Source of the DNA: Mytilus californianus
Taxonomy: Eukaryota
Length of the DNA stretch: 64,000 nucleotides
Assembly: GCF_021869535.1 (NCBI RefSeq)
Contig: NW_026262674.1
Location: forward strand, 1,364,001-1,428,000
Reading direction: 5' to 3'
Numbering within the stretch: position 1 is the stretch's first letter; each line of letters begins with the position of its first letter. The position numbers were made by a program, and so were the translations under genes. The notes under the pieces were generated by a model. That model saw nothing but the letters and a program-made list of their open reading frames with translations. It did no database searches and was not told the DNA's origin. Positions 25,811 through 39,742 of the stretch are shown one piece after another.

Positions 25811-27080
25811 AAATTATTTTTAGCCAGCCGGACATTTTAATATATCATCCCGATTTTAATCCCTTTTTAAGACTAATTCAATGGAATAATTACAAATTAT
25901 TTTTGACATTTTCATCAAATCAAATATTAAACACACAAGACAGCACATTACATGACCCTGTATCGATTCCATCGAGGTTCAATAAAGGAGCCACAATCAA
26001 TACCTCAGTCACTGGCTGACTAGAAGTTCGAATTAAAAAACAATTCGTTTTATTGTCCGCAAATGATGAAGTTTTTTGTTGTTTTTTGTTTCACTTAGTC
26101 GCAAAATGTGAGCCGTAGGCATTACAATCTAGCGGCGGTGTAATCTATTTGTATAAAGCTTTATATTTCAGATAGCAGAAGGTCTGAAGGGTTCATAGAT
26201 ATAAGAAGATGTGATATGAGTGCCAATGAGACAACTCTCCATCCAAGTCACAATTTGTAAAAGTAACCCATTATAGGTCAAAGTACGGCCTTCAATTTGG
26301 ATCCTTGGCTCACACATAACAACATTTAAGCTAGAAAGGGCCCCATGCATAAAGATTAGTGTTAAACCATTCAAACAAAAAAACCAATGGTCTTATATAT
26401 GTATAAAAAAAAAGAGAAACAATTATGAACCACATTAACAAACAACAGCCACAATGGCACTGAACATCAGGTTCCTGACTTTAAAGATGTCTTATCTATC
26501 GAAGTTTTCATCTTTCATTTGTCCATGACCTCATTTTCATGGTTCGGCTATGTCTTGAAAAAATGAATAGTATTTTTGTCATGTGAATTATTCACTTATT
26601 GTGAGTAAATATAACTGAATTTGACAGGTAGAACTCACAGAGAGACATGTGGACACATGCTGGTTTAAATGTCTTAGATTAACAAAAGAAGCCATTACCC
26701 GAGCTATCAAGTTATTTTTTAATCCACATAATTTAATGCTTGCTGGGCTATAGGCAGTAGAATTTTATGCATAATGCCATTTTCTGTCTACTTATAAAAA
26801 ATCTTACCCTATATTACATAAATCCTTGATAAAACAGGGCCGTAACTAGCCTCTGTTTAAAGTGAGGCAAAATTATTCGCCGAGCGGAGCGAGGCTAAAA
26901 AATTTCCGGCGAGGGGTCTGTGGCCGCTCAAGGCCCCCAGAAGCTCTGGAAAAAATTACGCAAAATCGTGCATTTTGAGCGTTTCCCGGACCCTTTCTTA
27001 ATCTGAAACGCAAGTTTTGTTTGAATTATTTTTTTGACAATATTCTGGTCTCAAAGCAACATATATAGATTCAGTGTAAG

Positions 27081-27637
27081 TATTCTGGATCACGTTATCA
27101 ATTGTATTTGCTACGGCATCTATTGGATTGAATTTTCAGACATTCATATTTTCCGGAAATGATCTGGACTTATCCGTATGTTCACTACCGTTTACTTTCT
27201 CTTCCTCGCCTGTCTATTACAAATGGATGCCACGACAAAACTGCTCCTGTGGATATTGTGACAAATCACCGTCAAGTACGTTTCAAATCGATTATAAACT
27301 GTTAAATATAAATTCCGTTAAATTGACAAACACGTTGATTCAACAAATATGAACTGTAATTGTTTATTTCTATGAATTGAACTGAGAATTCTACTTTCGT
27401 TTTTGACTTGATATTAATATTGTCTTGAACGTTCAAATATTTCTTTCGTGCATATTGTAAAATATTGTATTTTTATTTCTTTCAGTTTACCAAACAATAC
27501 ACACTCTGTAAAAACTCCTGTATCCCTTCTGGTGGAATTATAATCTACAATCTTCACACACAAGTTGTTATTCTTTATAATTTGCCGAGATTGCGATACA
27601 ATCACATGGTTATACTAGCTGAGTCAGGCTCAGCATA
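27081..27637 (+). repeat. Extra LTR copy 1 (557 bp)
   Basis: Two visible mismatches to the 3' LTR. Confidence 0.9.
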
Positions 27638-28126
27638 GTAAATTGACGACTACCTGTCTTTACATATCCAGACAAGGAACTCACAGAGAGACATGTGGAC
27701 ACATGCTGGTTTAAATGTCTTAGATTAACAAAAGAAGCCATTACCCGAGCTATCAAGTTATTTTTTAATCCACATAATTTAATGCTTGCTGGGCTATAGG
27801 CAGTAGAATTTTATGCATAATGCCATTTTCTGTCTACTTATAAAAAATCTTACCCTATATTACATAAATCCTTGATAAAACAGGGCCGTAACTAGCCTCT
27901 GTTTAAAGTGAGGCAAAATTATTCGCCGAGCGGAGCGAGGCTAAAAAATTTCCGGCGAGGGGTCTGTGGCCGCTCAAGGCCCCCAGAAGCTCTGGAAAAA
28001 ATTACGCAAAATCGTGCATTTTGAGCGTTTCCCGGACCCTTTCTTAATCTGAAACGCAAGTTTTGTTTGAATTATTTTTTTGACAATATTCTGGTCTCAA
28101 AGCAACATATATAGATTCAGTGTAAG

Positions 28127-28683
28127 TATTCTGGATCACGTTATCAATTGTATTTGCTACGGCATCTATTGGATTGAATTTTCAGACATTCATATTTTCC
28201 GGAAATGATCTGGACTTATCCGTATGTTCACTACCGTTTACTTTCTCTTCCTCGCCTGTCTATTACAAATGGATGCCACGACAAAACTGCTCCTGTGGAT
28301 ATTGTGACAAATCACCGTCAAGTACGTTTCAAATCGATTATAAACTGTTAAATATAAATTCCGTTAAATTGACAAACACGTTGATTCAACAAATATGAAC
28401 TGTAATTGTTTATTTCTATGAATTGAACTGAGAATTCTACTTTCGTTTTTGACTTGATATTAATATTGTCTTGAACGTTCAAATATTTCTTTCGTGCATA
28501 TTGTAAAATATTGTATTTTTATTTCTTTCAGTTTACCAAACAATACACACTCTGTAAAAACTCCTGTATCCCTTCTGGTGGAATTATAATCTACAATCTT
28601 CACACACAAGTTGTTATTCTTTATAATTTGCCGAGATTGCGATACAATCACATGGTTATACTAGCTGAGTCAGGCTCAGCATA
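28127..28683 (+). repeat. Extra LTR copy 2 (557 bp)
   Basis: Appears identical to copy 1. Confidence 0.9.
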
Positions 28684-29865
28684 GTAAATTGACGACTACC
28701 TGTCTTTACATATCCAGACAAGGAACTCACAGAGAGACATGTGGACACATGCTGGTTTAAATGTCTTAGATTAACAAAAGAAGCCATTACCCGAGCTATC
28801 AAGTTATTTTTTAATCCACATAATTTAATGCTTGCTGGGCTATAGGCAGTAGAATTTTATGCATAATGCCATTTTCTGTCTACTTATAAAAAATCTTACC
28901 CTATATTACATAAATCCTTGATAAAACAGGGCCGTAACTAGCCTCTGTTAAAAGTGAGGCAAAATTATTCGCCGAGCGGAGCGAGGCTAAAAAATTTCCG
29001 GCGAGGGGTCTGTGGCCGCTCAAGGCCCCCAGAAGCTCTGGAAAAATTACGCAAAATCGTGCATTTTGAGCGTTTCCCGGACCCTTTCTTAATCTGAAAC
29101 GCAAGTTTTGTTTGAATTATTTTTTTGACAATATTCTGGTCTCAAAGCAACATATATAGATTCAGTGTAAGTATTCTGGATCACGTTATCAATTGTATTT
29201 GCTACGGCATCTATTGGATTGAATTTTCAGACATTCATATTTTCCGAAAATGATCTGGACTTATCCGTATGTTCACTACCGTTTACTTTCTCTTCCTCGC
29301 CTGTCTATTACAAATGGATGCCACGACAAAACTGCTCCTGTGGATATTGTGACAAATCACCGTCAAGTACGTTTCAAATCGATTATAAACTGTTAAATAT
29401 AAATTCCGTTAAATTGACAAACACGTTGATTCAACAAATATGAACTGTAATTGTTTATTTCTATGAATTGAACTGAGAATTCTACTTTCGTTTTTGACTT
29501 GATATTAATATTGTCTTGAACGTTCAAATCGTATATTTCTTTCGTGCATATTGTAAAATATTGTATTTTTATTTCTTTCAGTTTACCAAACAATACACAC
29601 TCTGTAAAAACTCCTGTATCCCTTCTGGTGGAATTATAATCTACAATCTTCACACACAAGTTGTTATTCTTTATAATTTGCCGAGATTGCGATACAATCA
29701 CATGGTTATACTAGCTGAGTCAGGCTCAGCATAGTAAATTGACGACTACCTGTCTTTACATATCCAGACAAGGAACGACTACGTAGCAACGTAAATACCT
29801 TTACACTGACAGTGGACTACATAACTTGTGTGTACTAGGCAGCAACCCAACAACGTTGAGTCACC

Positions 29866-32733
29866 ATGGATCCCAGTCACGTGGAACAGCAAGAAGAGGT
29901 TCAGCCCCAAGAGGGAGATGTCCCTGAACTATTAGAAAATCCGTCTAAAACAACACATTCAGATGAAAATCCCGAGACTAGGCGAGTACGTGACCTCACG
30001 GAAAAAGGAAAAGGAGCTTTCACAGAAAAACGTGACAAGTTCTGTCAGGAACAAGAGGCTCTCTGGACAGACATTGAATCCCAGTTATTGGAAGTTACCA
30101 CGCCTCCTAACGAGCTCCAGCAACTCCTAACAGCCCAGGACAAACTCGTTAAAGCCTGTAATAATTATCGTAGGCTCACAGATGAATTCCTGGACTTTCT
30201 GAAAAGGACCAGAACATCGGAGAGTCAAAAAGAAATAGAAGCATGTAATCTCTCATTGGATTTTCGTCTGTCCAAAGTGGAACTGGTTATGGAAAAACTA
30301 CACGAGCATCGCCTCGCCCTAACAAAGGCCAAATCCACTAAAACAAAGACCTCAAAGGGTAAGAAAACCTCACACAGCGGTAGCTCTAACGTGTCAGACA
30401 TGTCAAGCCTAGCACGGAGAAAGCGTGCGAAGGCAGAGGCTGCCAAGTCAAAAATAGCCTTTGTCGAAAAACATGCCCTTATCCTACAACAGGAGGCAAT
30501 GTTAGAGGAACAAGCCCTGTTCAGACAAATTGAAATGGAACAGGAAGCAGCACGCAAAAAGGCTGAAATGGAACAGGAAGCCACACGTAAAAAGGCAGAA
30601 ATGGAGCAAGAAGTCGCTCAACGTAAAGTTCAACTAGAACAGGAGGCCGCACAGAGAACAGTTCACTTAGAACAAGAGGCCATGCGCAGGAAGGCTCAAA
30701 TGCAACAAGAAGCCGCACGAGTAAGCCGGGAAAAGACCGAGCTGAAAGCCAAATTTAACCTTCTTGAAGCACAGAGAGAAGCTGCAGCCGCAGAAGTAGA
30801 GGCTCGTATCCTGGAATACGACGACAGCCAAGCATTTAGCGATCTCCCTGATGAAACGGAAGACCCTCTCCAGCGTGTGAAAGATTTCGTCAATAAGCAT
30901 CCTGTACCAACTGCTGTACGGGAAGTAACAGGACCTCAAAAGCAAATTCCTGTTAAGATTGAGCTGAGTCATGAAGCACCAGCGTTTGTGCCATCTGTGG
31001 CACTGAACTTGCCGTCACAGACATCTGCTGTCTTGCCTTCCGATACTAAGTCACCGGAAGTTACCTTAATCCCAGATCTGGGAATAGTAACCGGCATGCA
31101 AAAACTAGGCCTTTCAGATGAGATCCCTGCTGAACACCAAAAACAGGGTGTTAAAGAAAAGATCCCTGTTGCACACCAGCAACAAATCAACCCTACATCG
31201 GAGATAACTAGATTTCTTTTACGTAAGGACCTGCTTTTAACCCGACTAACAAGCTTTAACGATCGGGCAGAATCCTTTCATACATGGAAAGCAAGTTTTA
31301 ACAACGTGACTGACGAGTTGCAAGTCTCTGACTCGGAACAGATTGATTTACTGATCAAGTGGCTCGGTCCAGAGTCTGCTAAACATGCCATTAGCATAAG
31401 AGCGTCGAACGCCAATAATCCTACAAAAGGTATACAAAGACTATGGAAGAGGCTTGACGAGCGGTATGGTGCTCCAGAAATGTTGGAGGCCTCACTCACG
31501 AGTAAACTTGCCAAATTCCCAACCTTGACGAATAAGGACAACGCACGTCTCTATGAACTGTCTGACATTCTATTAGAAATAGAATATCACAAGGAAAATC
31601 CCAAGCTGGGATGTTTGCTAGCTTATTTCGACTCTTCGTCCGGGATAAATCCTATTGTGGAAAAACTGCCATATGGACTCCAAGAAAAGTGGATTACAAG
31701 GGCGTCTAGATACAAATCTAACCACGGCGTTGCCTTTCCTCCTTTTACAGAGTTATCTGCATTCATCAGTGAAATCAGCAGAATTAAAAACGATCCTGGA
31801 TTCATCTTTGGGTCAAAAGTCACACCAAATACAAAAGGTGCTGCGCCAAGGTTCACGTCTTACCCCAAGACTAAAGTTGGTACTCATAAAACAGCGGTTG
31901 AGCAGCAATCTGGAGACGCCAGCAAACAAGGTCTTTGTATTCTGCACAATACAAAGCATTCCTTAAATGAATGTCGAGCGTTCCGAGCCAAATCAATAGA
32001 GGAACGCAAAGGTCTTTTGAAAGAAAACAATGTCTGTTACACGTGTTGTGATTCTACCAAACACAGGAGCCGGGAATGCAATGCACGCATAAGTTGTAAA
32101 GAATGTGGAAGTAAACAACACACTACCGCACTTCACATAACTAGACCACAGCAACCTGCAAGTTCTCAGTCTAGCTCGCCCAAGGAAGCCTACGGCGGGG
32201 AGCCAACAGAATCCGCTGAAACTAAGTCAACCTCAGTGAACTCTACCTGTACTGAGATCTGCAAGGATACATATAGCGGGAAATCTTGTGCTAAAATACT
32301 ACCTGTGAATGTTTATCACAAAGATAACCAGGACAAAGTTATCCGGATGTACGCCATCATGGACGACCAAAGCAACCGGTCACTAGCATCGCCTGAATTC
32401 TTCAACCTTTTCGACGTAAAAGACAAACCGGAGAACTATACCTTATCAACATGCTCCGGCAGAGTAGTCACTTCCGGGAAAAGAGGAAGAGGTTTCGTCA
32501 TGGAATCAATAAATGGCAATGACAAATTTGACCTGCCTGTACTGATAGAATGTGATCATATTCCTAATAATAGGGACGAAATACCGACTCCTAAAGTCAC
32601 AATGCTTCACCCTCATTTAAAAGAACTCAGAGGTAGCATTCCACCAATAGAGGAAAATTGCCAAATTCTTCTCTTAATTGGCAGAGACCTTATAGAGGCA
32701 CACCACCCAGAACTCCATATGCACAACAGTTGA
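29866..32733 (+). pseudogene. gag: BEL/Pao gag and protease part of the polyprotein
   Basis: Coiled coil with 11-aa EQEA repeats; three Cys/His knuckles (CILH..H..C, CYTC..H..C, CKEC..H..H); protease motif YAIMDDQSNRSL; frameshift near 32707. Confidence 0.85.
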
Positions 32734-33248
32734 AACTAGGTTGGGTAGTGATAGGAGAAACTTGCATTAACAAGCAGCATGTGCCTCTTGAATTAAATGT
32801 CAAAATAACCAACATTTTACCTACAGGACAACCGTCAACGTTTCAACCATGTACAAGCAAATTCGACATTCGGGAAAACTACACAGACCCCGTTAAGAAA
32901 GATTTACAATCGCCTCTCTTTGAAAAAACTAGGGACGATGATAAACCCGGAATGTCATTTGAAGACAAAATGTTTATGAAACAGATGGACAACGAATTTG
33001 TCAGAGACTTGGAAGGAAGTTGGGTAGCACCGTTACCGTTCCGAGTGCCAAGACAGTCTTTGCCTAGCAACAGACCACAAGCTCTTCATCGTGCTAATAT
33101 GTTAGACGCAAGCCTGAATAGAAACCTAGTAAAGCGGGAACACTTCCTCACATTTATGAGTAAGATCCTAGACAATAATCATGCAGAGCTCGCTCCACCG
33201 TTGGACGAACATGAAGAGTGCTGGTATTTACCACCCGAAGAAACCTGA
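32658..33248 (+). pseudogene. BEL/Pao polyprotein middle segment between two frameshifts
   Basis: PYAQQLKLGWVVIG, WVAPLPFR and ECWYLP motifs typical of the Pao pre-RT region. Confidence 0.8.
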
Positions 33249-36240
33249 TCAGATTAGGGGTGTGTTTGATTCATCCGCCAAATGCAACGGAGTTTCACTC
33301 AACAGCGTCCTGCTAACAGGTCCAGACTTGACCAATGATCTCTTGGGAGTACTGCTGCGTTTCAGGAAAGAAATGGTCGCAGTAACTGCAGACGTTCAAC
33401 ACATGTTTCACTGCTTTGTAGTAAGAAAAGACCACCGAAATTATCTGAGATTTTTATGGCATAAAAACAACGACCTACAAGAGAACCTTGTCGAATTCCG
33501 CATGAGAGTTCATGTTTTTGGAAATAGTCCGTCACCTGCCGTTGCTACGCTTGGACTCAGAAAAGCAGCTCAGGCATCAGAACAAGAGTTCGGCAGTCAC
33601 GTGACTAGCTTTGTTACAAGAGACTTCTATGTCGACGACGGTCTTACATCATGTCCTACAAAAGAGGAAGCTGTTAAGCTCATGAAGGACACACAGCAAG
33701 CATTGGCAAAGTATGGAAACTTACGGCTTCACAAGTTCGCCTCTAATTGTGCGGAAGTTATGTCTGCGTTTCATGCCAGTGATTTGGCTTCAAATCTGAA
33801 GGATCTAGACTTAGAATCCGACAGCAAACCCCTACAACGTAGTCTTGGGCTCAGCTGGGACGTAAACACTGACAACTTCTTATTTCAATTAACATCAGAA
33901 AACAAACCGATCACTCGGAGAGGAATTTTATCAACGATAAACAGTCTCTACGATCCTCTGGGATTTTTGGCTCCGGTGATTATACAAGGGAAACTCCTAT
34001 TAAGGAAAATAGTATCAGAAACCGTCGATTGGGACCAACCTCTCTCTGATGAGACAGCAGCTGAGTGGAAATCTTGGAGAGATACTCTAATTGCTATCGA
34101 AACATTGCGCATTCCACGTACCTACGTGCCGTATCTCAGCAAAACCGCCACAAAGGAGTTACATGTCTTCTCTGATGCATCAGAAAAAGCCATAGCAGCT
34201 GTTGCATATCTACGCACGACCGACAGTAGTGGTGAACCAAACATAGGTTTCATTCTTGTGAAAGCTAAAGTTGCACCAACAAGTGGTCATACTATTCCAC
34301 GACTTGAACTATCAGCTGCTGTATTAGCAGTTGAGATCACCCAAACCGTCATGGATAATTTAGATTTACATATAGACACCGTAAAATTCTACACAGACAG
34401 TAAAGTGGTTTTAGGTTACATCAGTAACGAGACAAGAAGGTTCTTCATCTACGTCGCCAATAGAGTAGAGAAAATAAGGAAATGTAGCTCTCCAAGTCAA
34501 TGGAATTATGTACCAACTAACCGTAATCCCGCAGACTCGGGAACAAGGTCCGTACCAGCCCACGAAATTCATAGCAGTGAATGGTTATTGGGACCAAGAC
34601 AACTTCTTTCCTCAGAACAGAAGAATTCTGAGGACATATATCAGCTGATAGATCCAGAGGAAGATGGAGAAATCCGTGCAACTGTTAATGTTGCAAAAAC
34701 ATTTGCCACACTTGAGCATAAAGGTATCGGAACTGATAGATTCAACCGATTCTCCAACTGGACATCACTTGTGCGAGCGATAGCCTTTTTGGAACGTTTC
34801 TCCCGTTTACACGGGTCAAAACAGGCATCATCAGTGACTTCTTTGGATAGTTTTTCGAATGCCGAAAATTTCATCTTAATATCTGCACAACATGAAGTTT
34901 ATGGAGATGAAATAGATTGTATAAAACGTCAGGAACAAATTAATAAGCGGAGCCCGATAGCTAACCTCAATCCGTTTTTGGACGAAAGAGGACTATTACG
35001 AGTAGGAGGCCGTATTGTCAAATCTGACTTAAACTTCCGTGAAAAGAAACCATTGATCGTCCCTGGACGCCATCATATAGCGATATTATTAGTTCAACAC
35101 TACCACGACAAGATAAAACATCAAGGTCGCCATTTCACAGATGGAGCGATTCGATCCGCAGGATTTTGGATCGTTGGAGCAAAACGCTTGATCTCTTCTA
35201 TTATTCACAAATGTGTAACATGCCGCAAACTCAGAGGAAAAACAGAGTATCAAATCATGTCTGATTTGCCAGAGGACCGTCTTGAACCGTCACCTCCGTT
35301 TACTAACGTTGGAATAGACACCTTTGGCCCCTGGACAATTGTTTCACGTAAAACACGTGGTGGGTACGCCAACTCTAAACGTTGGGCAATTTTATTCACA
35401 TGCTTAGTGACAAGAGCTATTCACATCGAATTAATCGAGGAAATGAGTTCTTCAGCCTTCATAAACGCCGTCAGGAGATTCGCCGCTATAAGAGGCCAAG
35501 TTAAGATTTTCCGATCTGACCGTGGAACGAACTTTATTGGCGCAATCGACGATTTAAAGATTGACTCAATCAACGTTGAAGATGGACCCTTCAAGAACTT
35601 TCTGTATAATTCTGGTACAACTTGGATCTTCAATCCGCCGCATTCGTCCCACATGGGTGGAGCCTGGGAGAGGATGATTGGTATTACCAGGAGAATTCTT
35701 GATTCTATGCTTCTAAACGCAGCCGGAAGAAGCCTAACACATGATGTGCTTAACACACTAATGGCAGAAGTTTCAGCAATAGTGAACTCTAGACCTCTGG
35801 TACCGGTATCAACAGATCCAGAGAATCCGTTAATATTAACTCCGGCTATGTTATTGACACAGAAAACCGACTACATTTTCACTTCAGATCATCTTGGAGA
35901 ATTCGACAAACGAGATCTCTGTCTTGCCGAATGGAGGCGAGTACAGGCTCTGGCCAGTGTTTTCTGGTCCCGTTGGAGGAAAGAGTACCTGCCGTTACTA
36001 CAACAACGACGAAAATGGACCGAAGATCGCCGTGATCTCATCGAAGGAGACGTCATTCTTCTAAAGGATAAAAACCTTTGCCGTACCCAATGGTCCGTTG
36101 GAATTATAGTGAATTCATTTAAAAGTTCAGACGAACATGTCCGAAAAGCAGAAGTGCGAGTAATCGTTAATGGAAAAGCCACAACCTACACACGTCCTAT
36201 CGTGGACATGATTCTTCTCGTAGAGAACAACCCTATGTAA
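33181..36240 (+). pseudogene. pol: BEL/Pao RT, RNase H and integrase
   Basis: FYVDD; LHVFSDAS, IPRLEL and NPAD (RNase H); HxxxxxH..CxxC; GIDTFGP, SDRGTNF and GGAWERM (DDE). Confidence 0.9.
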
Positions 36241-38947
36241 TTATGTGTATATATATATATATATTTGATTTAGATAGGACATTCACATGTGTTATGTTTT
36301 ATGGAATAGTGATATCAGATAGATTTCAGACGGGGAGTATTCTGTATCACGTTATCAATTGTATTTGCTACGGCATCTATTGGATTGAATTTTCAGACAT
36401 TCATATTTTCCGGAAATGATCTGGACTTATCCGTATGTTCACTACCGTTTACTTTCTCTTCCTCGCCTGTCTATTACAAATGGATGCCACGACAAAACTG
36501 CTCCTGTGGATATTGTGACAAATCACCGTCAAGTACGTTTCAAATCGATTATAAACTGTTAAATATAAATTCCGTTAAATTGACAAACACGTTGATTCAA
36601 CAAATATGAACTGTAATTGTTTATTTCTATGAATTGAACTGAGAATTCTACTTTCGTTTTTGACTTGATATTAATATTGTCTTGAACGTTCAAATATTTC
36701 TTTCGTGCATATTGTAAAATATTGTATTTTTATTTCTTTCAGTTTACCAAACAATACACACTCTGTAAAAACTCCTGTATCCCTTCTGGTGGAATTATAA
36801 TCTACAATCTTCACACACAAATTGTTATTCTTTATAATTTGCCGAGATTGCGATACAATCACATGGTTATACTAGCTGAGTCAGGCTCAGCATAGTAAGA
36901 CTTTTAGTTTTTAGGGACAATATCAAAAGACCGATATGTAGGATATAGCAAAAATCGTAATTCACATAGTTAAGTGTGCGGCTGCTGTTTTTTTTTTTTG
37001 TTATTGAGTTTCTGCTTGTAGGAAAAACGTATTATACCTGTCAATTATGTTTTTTTTCAAATTAAGTTAAGAGGGGCTGATTATCATTGATACAACTATA
37101 TGAATTCAGTTTTTATAACACATATTAATTAAAAATTGATGTAATTCCTAACTGGGATAGAAATGTACACTCAGGGTACACTCTGGAAAGCTGTTCTTAA
37201 GACCTCATTGCTACATTTTTGTGCTGTTTTAATATGTATACCGGGTGATTAATGTAGGATCTGCCTGTTCTGGTCTTGTATTGTGTTTAGACTTTGGTGT
37301 GATTTTTTTGTGACTTTGAAATTTATTCACAGCTACTTTAAGTACCGCTTAAGTCGACGCTAGGGGCCGTCTTGACATTGTTTTAAGGTATGAATGATTC
37401 GTTCATTGTTGAAGACCCTACAGCGACTGTCAAGACGAAGAACAGGAATAAAAGCCCTGTTCATTGATAATTTGTATTTTTTCCATGCACATTTACTCCA
37501 TATCCCTTTATTTTCTATTAAATGGCCTGAACACGGCTTAATGTAAGTTTACGCCCTTCAATGTAAAAGGTCATATGGCAATACATTATTTTTCTTTTTA
37601 AATGATTTGATTCCGGGAGATTGGTTGTCTCACTTTAATTTAACCCATGTCATCTTTTTAGTTTAACAGAAAAGAGAGCCATTTTTGTATTCTTTAATAT
37701 AAAGTATAATTTTCCATGAAAAAACTACCAATTTTTCTATGTCCCGGTAGCTTCGTATCTTCTTAAAACATTTTCTCGAACAATATCTGGACATCGGTGG
37801 ACATGTAACATTGCCAAACCACACAACCGTTCACCCGTCATTACCGACCACTTCGACTATGCTATTTCGATATTTTTTTTTTTTTTATTATCAATGTTTC
37901 ATAGACTAACCGATACATATTTTTACAACTTAAAGTATAGTTTTTAAAATTAGACGAAAGGTCCTTAAATATAATAAAACTCAAGCTTAAAACAAAATTA
38001 CTAATTTACAAATGAAATTCAACGCTAAGACAATAGTCCTGAAGAAGGGCAATCAATGAACAAAAGGCAAACCCGTGAAAAGATAAGACACATAACAACA
38101 AATTATAGACAATCAACACTGAAAACTAAAAATAAATGAGGAACATGGATCCCGAAAAAACAGGGGCGACGTCAGAGGGTGAACAGAACTTGCTTCTTGC
38201 AAGACACTCGCCGTGAAAACAATTTGATATGAAGACACGCTTTTGTTTCAACTTATTATTTTTTTTTTAATTTTCCAACATGAGGCATTTGCCTCATTTG
38301 CCTCAATGTAGTTACGACCCTGTAAAATGAATAACGCTGGCATTAGTTTTGTATCAAATCCCTATATACACCGTTATTGTGGTGCGCCTGACATAGGCGG
38401 AACTTGCAGATAATGTAGGTAGGGGACCTGGAAAGATAACGTTGGTTTCTTTCCCTCCACCTATATTATCCCTGTAAAGAAAAAGTAATTAGTAAATGAG
38501 AAGACAATGATTTATATTATATTTTATAAACTGGAGTGAATGATATATGGGTAGACTTGGTGATGTTTATAACGTGAAAACCAAACAAGATAGTATTCAC
38601 TCGTACAGACTTATATTTGCTATTTTGAGACCGTAATTTACATGTTGCATGAACTGTTGTGTTGTGATTGCAAAATTATGAGATCAAATGACGTATGAAT
38701 TTCAACAGAGATATATATATTTTGCCGGCTCCGATTAAAATATCTTAATTCATGAATATAGTACATGATATAGTTTATATTTCAAAAGCAAGTTTAATTT
38801 ATTTATTTTTTAATTTTTGACATGTTTGAAGCTATATGTGAATGACTTTGTTGTATAGTATAATGTTTTATCAAATTCATGATGCATCGCAAAGAGTTTT
38901 TTTTTAACTTTTATTTTTTTTACAATATACATGTACCTGACATACAT

Positions 38948-39742
38948 CAGTCAGGGATATAACTCTACAGGGTTATAATTTATTACAGAAAAATAACATA
39001 CATTTGTTATTGTGGACTAAAAAATCAAAGAACTGTGATAACATATGTATGTTACATGTTTCAAAGGGACAATATACATCATTAGTTTACATGTAGTTAA
39101 AATGTATACAAGTTCTATTGATATTACTATTGTCTTTATGTATACTTAACTGTAGAAAGATATAACAGTTCATAGTTTGCCAATCTTGCATAGTACACCT
39201 ACATGTATGTTATTACAGAAAAAATATGCCTGTAATAACTAAAGGGTGTTATCACAGCTTCTCTACTTCACTCCAAAGCATTTGCTCAGACATAAATCAT
39301 GCTTAATTACAATGTATTTTAATTTATTGTAAGAAATAATGACCAGAGCATGTAATGAGGTTCTGCGCAAGCTTCCCAGTAATTCCCAAGTGTCTCATAT
39401 AATAAGTTACATTCCTTTAAAAACTAAGCCTTGTTATTACAGCTTAGTTTATCCCTTAAAAGCCTCGTCTCATTGATTTACCATGGTTAATCAAAAATGT
39501 ATTTATTTAATTAAAAAATTAGTTATCAAGGCTATGCATTTAGTTTCTGCGCAATGTCTCTAGAGTTCCCTAGAGCCCACTATAAATTAAAATAATTTTG
39601 ATTTATTTTACAAATAACAAACATATGTTATTACAGATTTAGAAACTTTAAGGAATAAAGAGTAGACAACTCATGAAAGTATCTGTAATAACACACGCAA
39701 GTTATTTTCTGTAATAACCCTATAGAGTTATATCTCTGACTG
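38948..39742. mobile_element. MITE with ~45-bp imperfect TIRs
   Basis: cagtcagggatataactctacagggtt..attacagaaaaataac versus gttattttctgtaataaccctatagagttatatctctgactg; tacat flanks both sides. Confidence 0.65.

Larger units (their letters stand above)
26631..29772 (+). repeat. Tandem triplication of the retrotransposon left junction
   Basis: Units 26631-27676, 27677-28722 (1046 bp) and 28723-29772 (1050 bp); each is host flank + MITE arm + LTR + 39 bp of leader, joined at gaac. Confidence 0.95.
29172..36894 (+). mobile_element. BEL/Pao LTR retrotransposon, full length, young, frameshifted
   Basis: LTRs 29172-29733 and 36338-36894; TSD gtaag at 29167-29171 and 36895-36899; purine tract gacggggag before the 3' LTR; domain order gag-PR-RT-RNaseH-IN. 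Confidence 0.95.
26835..38322. mobile_element. Host MITE split by the BEL/Pao insertion
   Basis: TIR cagggccgtaacta / tagttacgaccctg; uninterrupted relative at 48867-49677 shows the empty site cagcgtaagactt. Confidence 0.75.

Noticed and set aside
27128-27605. 74-aa and 63-aa ORFs repeated four times
   Set aside because: They lie inside the LTR and recur only because the LTR does; no domain is evident.
30225-36182. Antisense and alternative-frame ORFs within gag-pol
   Set aside because: They are shadow ORFs of a long coding region, with no independent motifs.
36329-36337. gacggggag resembles my recollection of a tRNA-Asp 3' end
   Set aside because: It is only 9 nt, in the wrong orientation and position for a PBS, and is explained as the polypurine tract.
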